DNA of 24,355 bases from assembly GCF_006345805.1 (NCBI RefSeq), contig NW_021836386.1, positions 1-24,355 of the forward strand. The letters run 5' to 3'. This document shows, one piece after another, positions 19,513 to 24,355 of this stretch. How positions within the stretch are numbered: the stretch's first letter is position 1; every line of letters starts with the position of its first letter. Under the pieces are notes generated by a model, which worked only from the letters and a program-made list of their open reading frames with translations, did not search any database and was not told where the DNA came from. The position numbers were made by a program, and so were the translations under genes. The DNA is from Octopus sinensis (lineage: Eukaryota).

Positions 19513-19782
19513 AATAAACAAATGTGTGCTTATGTCTATCCGAGTGTCTTTAATTCGGCACCAACTGTAAACCGGGGCTCTTTGTTTATAACTTCCATTT
19601 AATTATGTACGGGGTTCCAGATTTCAGGCGCCCCGCGTGGCTGGCCATTTGCGTGATGTGGCGCCTTTCCATCGGTGTGTGTGTGTTTGTACACACAGAT
19701 AAAAAAGACAGACATACAAATACACACATGTGATACACACACACACACACACACACCACACCACATATATATATAAATATGT

Positions 19783-19838
<56 letters not shown>

Positions 19839-19869
19839 TATGTATATATATATATATATATATATAATA

Positions 19870-19919
<50 letters not shown>

Positions 19920-19925
19920 TATATA

Positions 19926-20092
19926 GGCGTAGGAGTGACGTGTGGTAAAGTAGCTTCCTTATGAACAACATGGTTCCAGGTTCAGTCCACTGCGTGGCAA
20001 ATTGGGAGCAAGTGTTTTTACTATAGCCTCGGGCCGTCAAAGCGTTAGGAGTAGATTGGTAAACGGAAACTGAAAAAGAAGTCCCTCGATAT
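19926..20092 (+). mobile_element. CORE-type SINE (family C), 5' half
   Basis: GGCGTAGGAGTGACGTGTGGTAA (A-box region), GGTTCAGTCC (B-box), TGCGTGGCA..TTGGG..CAAGTGT.TT.TACTATAGCCTC and GGAAACTGAAA, then microsatellite. Confidence 0.82.
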
Positions 20093-20242
20093 ATTATATA
20101 TATATTATATATATAATATATATATATATGATTGTCTGTGTGTGTGCCTGTGTGTCTGTGTGTCTCTCTGTGTGTGTGTGCGTTGTGTGTGTGTTTGTTG
20201 TGTATATGTATGTATGTATATATGCAATTATATATATATATA

Positions 20243-20277
<35 letters not shown>

Positions 20278-20432
20278 ATATATATATATATATGATGTGT
20301 GTGTGTGTATGTGTCTGTGTGTCTCTGTGTGTGTGTGCGTGTGTGTGTGTGTATGTATGTATGTATGTATGTATATATGCATATATTATATACATATATA
20401 CATATATATATATATAATATATATATATAATA

Positions 20433-20501
<69 letters not shown>
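20093..20501. repeat. Compound (TA)n/(TG)n microsatellite
   Basis: Direct observation. Confidence 0.95.
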
Positions 20502-20538
20502 TCTTTTTTACTTGTTTCAGTCATTTGACTGCGGCCAT
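20502..20538 (-). mobile_element. SINE family C 3' tip
   Basis: TTTTACTTGTTTCAGTCATTTGACTGCGGCCAT matches the family C tail. Confidence 0.8.
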
Positions 20539-21472
20539 ATATGCAGCTTTGGGAATTTTTGAGTGAATTCTATTTAAAGAATTTGTAACTCAATTTACAC
20601 ACTCAAGCAAGTAGGATGTACACTCAAGTGATTCTATAGTTTACCAAAATGAACAATTCCGCTTACAACAGACGAAAAAGAAAGAAAAGTCCAAGAGAAA
20701 GAGACAGCGGAAAAAAGAGAGTGTGAGAGAAAGTTTGAGCGAGAGAAACAGAGAGAGGGAGAGACAGAGACAGACATAGATTCACAAAAATATAAATAAG
20801 ACACATAAAATGGAATTTTCTGCGAGACATACATACATAAACATTTAAAGTACAGGAAAAAACAGCTGATTGGTCTTTAAATTATAATAAAATGGAATAC
20901 AATATTCAATAGACGAAACACATTCGAGAGTTCTTTTTAATTTCTTGTTTTTTTATTTTTTTTTTTTTTGGAATTATGAGAAAATATGTCTGATTATCAA
21001 AAGTCTGCAGTTTTCTTACGCAATGCCTTTAAACAAGTCTTTCCATATGGAAGAGCCTTTGACACAAAGATTCGACAGAGGAAGGAGAAATCTAAATAAT
21101 CAAAGGACATTTAAAAACACTTCAAAGAACTTCTATAAACTTTGGAAGTATTTCAAAGAAATTTCGTCTATAAAGGAATGATATAATTAGCGCGTGGGTA
21201 GGGTGGCATCTCACAAAAATTTACATATTTCGGCGACAGCGGTTCAAGATAAGTTCGTTTATATATGCACGCACTGGCGCACATAGACATATGTATACAT
21301 GGATACACACCTGCACGCATATATATATATATATTTATACACACACACAACATATATGTGTGTGTATGTATATATATATGCACACGCACTGACACACACA
21401 CACATATATACACACACAGTCACAGAATCATATATATATTATATATATATATATATATATACATGTGGATAT

Positions 21473-21510
<38 letters not shown>

Positions 21511-21634
21511 GTATACATATATATTATATATATATATATATTATATAATATATACATATATATATATTACTTATTATATCTATATATATATATATATATA
21601 TACATATATATACATATATATATATATACATATA

Positions 21635-21670
<36 letters not shown>

Positions 21671-21722
21671 TGCATGCATGTATGTGTAATATTCACTTGA
21701 ATATTAAATCTAAGAAATATGT

Positions 21723-21935
21723 AAGTCGGCAAGCTGGCAGAATTGTTACCGCACCGGAGAAATTGCTTGGCGGCATTTCGGCATTCTTTATGTTCTGAGT
21801 TCAAATTCCTCCGAGGTCGACTTCCCCTTTCATTCTTTCGTGGAAGATAAAGTAAGTTGAGTACTAGGGTCAAAACAATCTACTCGTCCCTTCCCTCCAT
21901 CAAAATCTAAGTTTTTGTGCCAATAGCAGAAAGGA
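21723..21935 (+). mobile_element. SINE family B monomer, diverged
   Basis: AGCTGGCAGAATTGTTA…TTCTGAGTTCAAATTCC.CCGAGGTCGACTT…TGTGCCAATAGCAGAAAGG. Confidence 0.85.
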
Positions 21936-22049
21936 ATAAATCTAAAAAAATATATAGCTGGTTTACAATATTCTACCACGATCTCTGACATAGATAGATA
22001 AATAATAAGAGAGAGAGAGAGAGATGTTAACATCATTGACATGGTAGGA

Positions 22050-22285
22050 ATTGTTAACCATATACTCGTGATCTGAGCATTGCTTTCTTGTAGTACTAGG
22101 TTTGCAAATGCCACAAATGTAGCTTGCATAACAAGGCGGTGACCTACGGGTCTATATTCTTAGCTATAACAGTATGAAGTGTAGCGAAATGTCTAGGTAA
22201 ACCCTGTTTCTGTAAACCTGTAAGTTCCGGTGATGTTTTTAGTAATGTAGTCCATCACAATGGATAAAGGCATCGAGGTTTTTCG
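22050..22285 (-). pseudogene. Possible highly decayed RTE-type reverse transcriptase fragment
   Basis: Minus-strand frameshifted pieces LSIVMDYI and VTAL/YASYI/VAFANL loosely fit LF.IVMDYI and VTDL.YADDIAL.AN. The catalytic DD is not retained. Confidence 0.3.
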
Positions 22286-22337
22286 TATTACATAGGACAC
22301 AAGATAACTGAATGTGTTACAGTTCTGTCTTGGTGTG

Positions 22338-22375
<38 letters not shown>

Positions 22376-22727
22376 CTTTGTAAATATATGTCTGGATGGT
22401 CAATTCTGGGAAAATCTCACCACCCAAACCAATTTGCGTGCCACACAGGTTGGGGAAACAACCGCTCATAAATATTATTTTAAATATTTCAAAGTCCTTA
22501 CTGCTGAAGAAGCAAACGGCTTCAAATGCTTTACAAGTCTGCGTCTCGAAATGGAACGTAAAGCACAAAGGCTTTCAATCAGTTATGAACGCAGGTAACT
22601 AAATGCCGTAGAGTGATCTCACCTTCACAATGCCGTTCAACTGGTTAAAATTGACATCTAGATCTCTACCACAGGTATATACATGTAGTCTAACGGTCTA
22701 AAATTATCGACACATTGCCTCCGTTTG

Positions 22728-22915
22728 TAACATAGGCACAAAACCAGAAATTTATGGAAAAGTATAGTTGATTAAATTGATCCCAAGTATTTCATACACT
22801 TCATAAGAATGAATGGTAAAATCGACCTGGAAGTGAATCGAACTCAGAACACAGAGTGATGTAACTAAATAACGCAAAGTATTTTGTCGAATGTTTTAAT
22901 GATTTTGTCAAATAC
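22728..22915 (-). mobile_element. SINE family B, very diverged
   Basis: AGGCACAAAACCAGAAATTT…GATCCCAAGTA…AAATCGACCT…GAACTCAGAAC. Confidence 0.65.
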
Positions 22916-22949
22916 TGCCCTTCATAATGAATAATGGTAGTCTCTCGTA

Positions 22950-23122
22950 GACAGAGCAATGATTTGTTTGTAGTGATCAAATGTTTGTGCTGTACAATTA
23001 GCTCACTCCTTCCAAGTAATTGACGTTGCCTGGACAGATGAAGGGTGTAACACACGCCAGATGTCGAAGTGAACGTAGGACAAAGTGAGATGAAGTGTTT
23101 TAATCAAGAACACAGCGCAATT
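22950..23122 (-). mobile_element. CORE-type SINE (family E) fragment
   Basis: The reverse complement aligns with 23333-23494 (AAAACACTTCA, TCACTTCGACA, CAGGCAACG, ACATTTGATCACT.CAAACAAATCATT). Confidence 0.75.
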
Positions 23123-23258
23123 GGCCCCAAATTGATTCATACCTTATGAGTGAAATTGGGCAGATGGGAAATGTATAGAAGCGTGAGGCCTTGGCAAACG
23201 TTGTTTCAAAATGATTTCCCTCGTAAATTACGGTCAGAGCACACTAGTCTGTGACTGA

Positions 23259-23555
23259 GGGCGCAAAGCCTTGTGGCAAAGAATCTGCGCACAAGATCGC
23301 AAGTTCTTGGATTCAATTCCCGAACTGGATGATGCGTTGTGCTTTAGGAAAACACTTCACTAGACTTCGTTCTGCGATCACTTCGACACCTGATCTATGG
23401 TATATCGTGCACATGTTCAGGCAACGCCAGTTTCATGGAGGGAGAGGGCTACCTGGGTACGGCGCATACATTTGATCACTGCAAACAAATCATTTATGCA
23501 GGACGTTCAGCAAAAAATTGAAGATCCGTCTTCTCCGAACTGCGGGAGTCTACCG
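23259..23555 (+). mobile_element. tRNA-derived CORE-type SINE (family E)
   Basis: Head GGGCGCAAAGCCTTGTGG, B-box-like GATTCAATTCCC and CORE-like GCGTTGTGCTTTAGGAAAACACTTCA. An inverted homologue lies at 22950-23122. Confidence 0.7.
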
Positions 23556-23984
23556 TCATATCAGACGAATCTGTAGAATGCTCAACGACTTAGACGTTAA
23601 TTCAGGAGCAGACAATTCAGTTGATCAAACAACTGAATCCTCATTATGAAACGACGGAGATCCACCGTCACTATTACCACAACCACATAGGACACAAGAT
23701 AACAGTGGTTACAAAAATTCTCAAGAGGGCTAAACAGCAGAAGGTTTTCGGAGAAGAAATCCCACCCAAGGGAGCTGGGCCACATCCAGTTCTTGACTCC
23801 TGGGTGCCCTTCTACTGACACTTTTTAGCCACTTGGATATCGGAGACTTGTGCATTTAAACCGCTAGGAGATTTCATCGAGTTGTAACTTCTCACCGTTG
23901 ACTCCGCTTTCAAACTTAAAGAAGAAATAACGTTGGTTGTCATGGTAGCGGTGAAACGTCAACGCTGTCCCAATGGCTCACTCA

Positions 23985-24202
<218 letters not shown>

Positions 24203-24355
24203 GAAACTGAAACAAATCACCACTGCAAGGAATTTAGTCTGATTCTCTAACGATTCTTCCAACCTCCGCCCTCCAGTAATAATTTATCATAATAGGAAGT
24301 TGGAGGAATTGAAGCTATCCATTTAGGAAAATAGAACCATAATACCAGACTATTC

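Noticed and set aside
22500-22530. CTGAAGA-AGC…GCT as a further hammerhead
   Set aside because: No GAAA, helix III or helix I follows. Likewise for the CTGANGA words near 16648, 19122 and 19179.
22374-22598. Non-repetitive ORF segment ending at CAG|GTAAC as a possible host exon
   Set aside because: No recognisable domain, no clear acceptor site and no other exons to link; cannot be supported without RNA-seq.

Overview
Eukaryotic, AT-rich, repeat-dominated genomic DNA. The SINE families and the density of (TA)n, (TAGA)n, (TAA)n and (TACA)n microsatellites suggest an octopus or other coleoid cephalopod genome; this is an inference from pattern recognition, not a search. I can support no intact host protein-coding gene, and almost all track ORFs are microsatellite or SINE artefacts. 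Recognisable content: (1) about 20 tRNA-derived SINE copies or fragments from at least four families, one recurring as a dimer; (2) two R4/Dong-clade LINE fragments (an RT domain and a 3' end in TAA repeats); (3) a CR1-type LINE 3' end; (4) a rearranged fold-back mariner remnant; (5) several short non-coding segments, mostly in (TA)n tracts, carrying minimal type I hammerhead ribozyme motifs of the kind known from Penelope-like elements. The most interesting signal is this set of five or six hammerhead motifs from about four or five unrelated families, including non-canonical cores and palindromic helix III. Two near-perfect DNA fold-backs (64 bp, and about 330 bp) have their apex on a hammerhead or hammerhead-like motif. 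All folds were read by eye.
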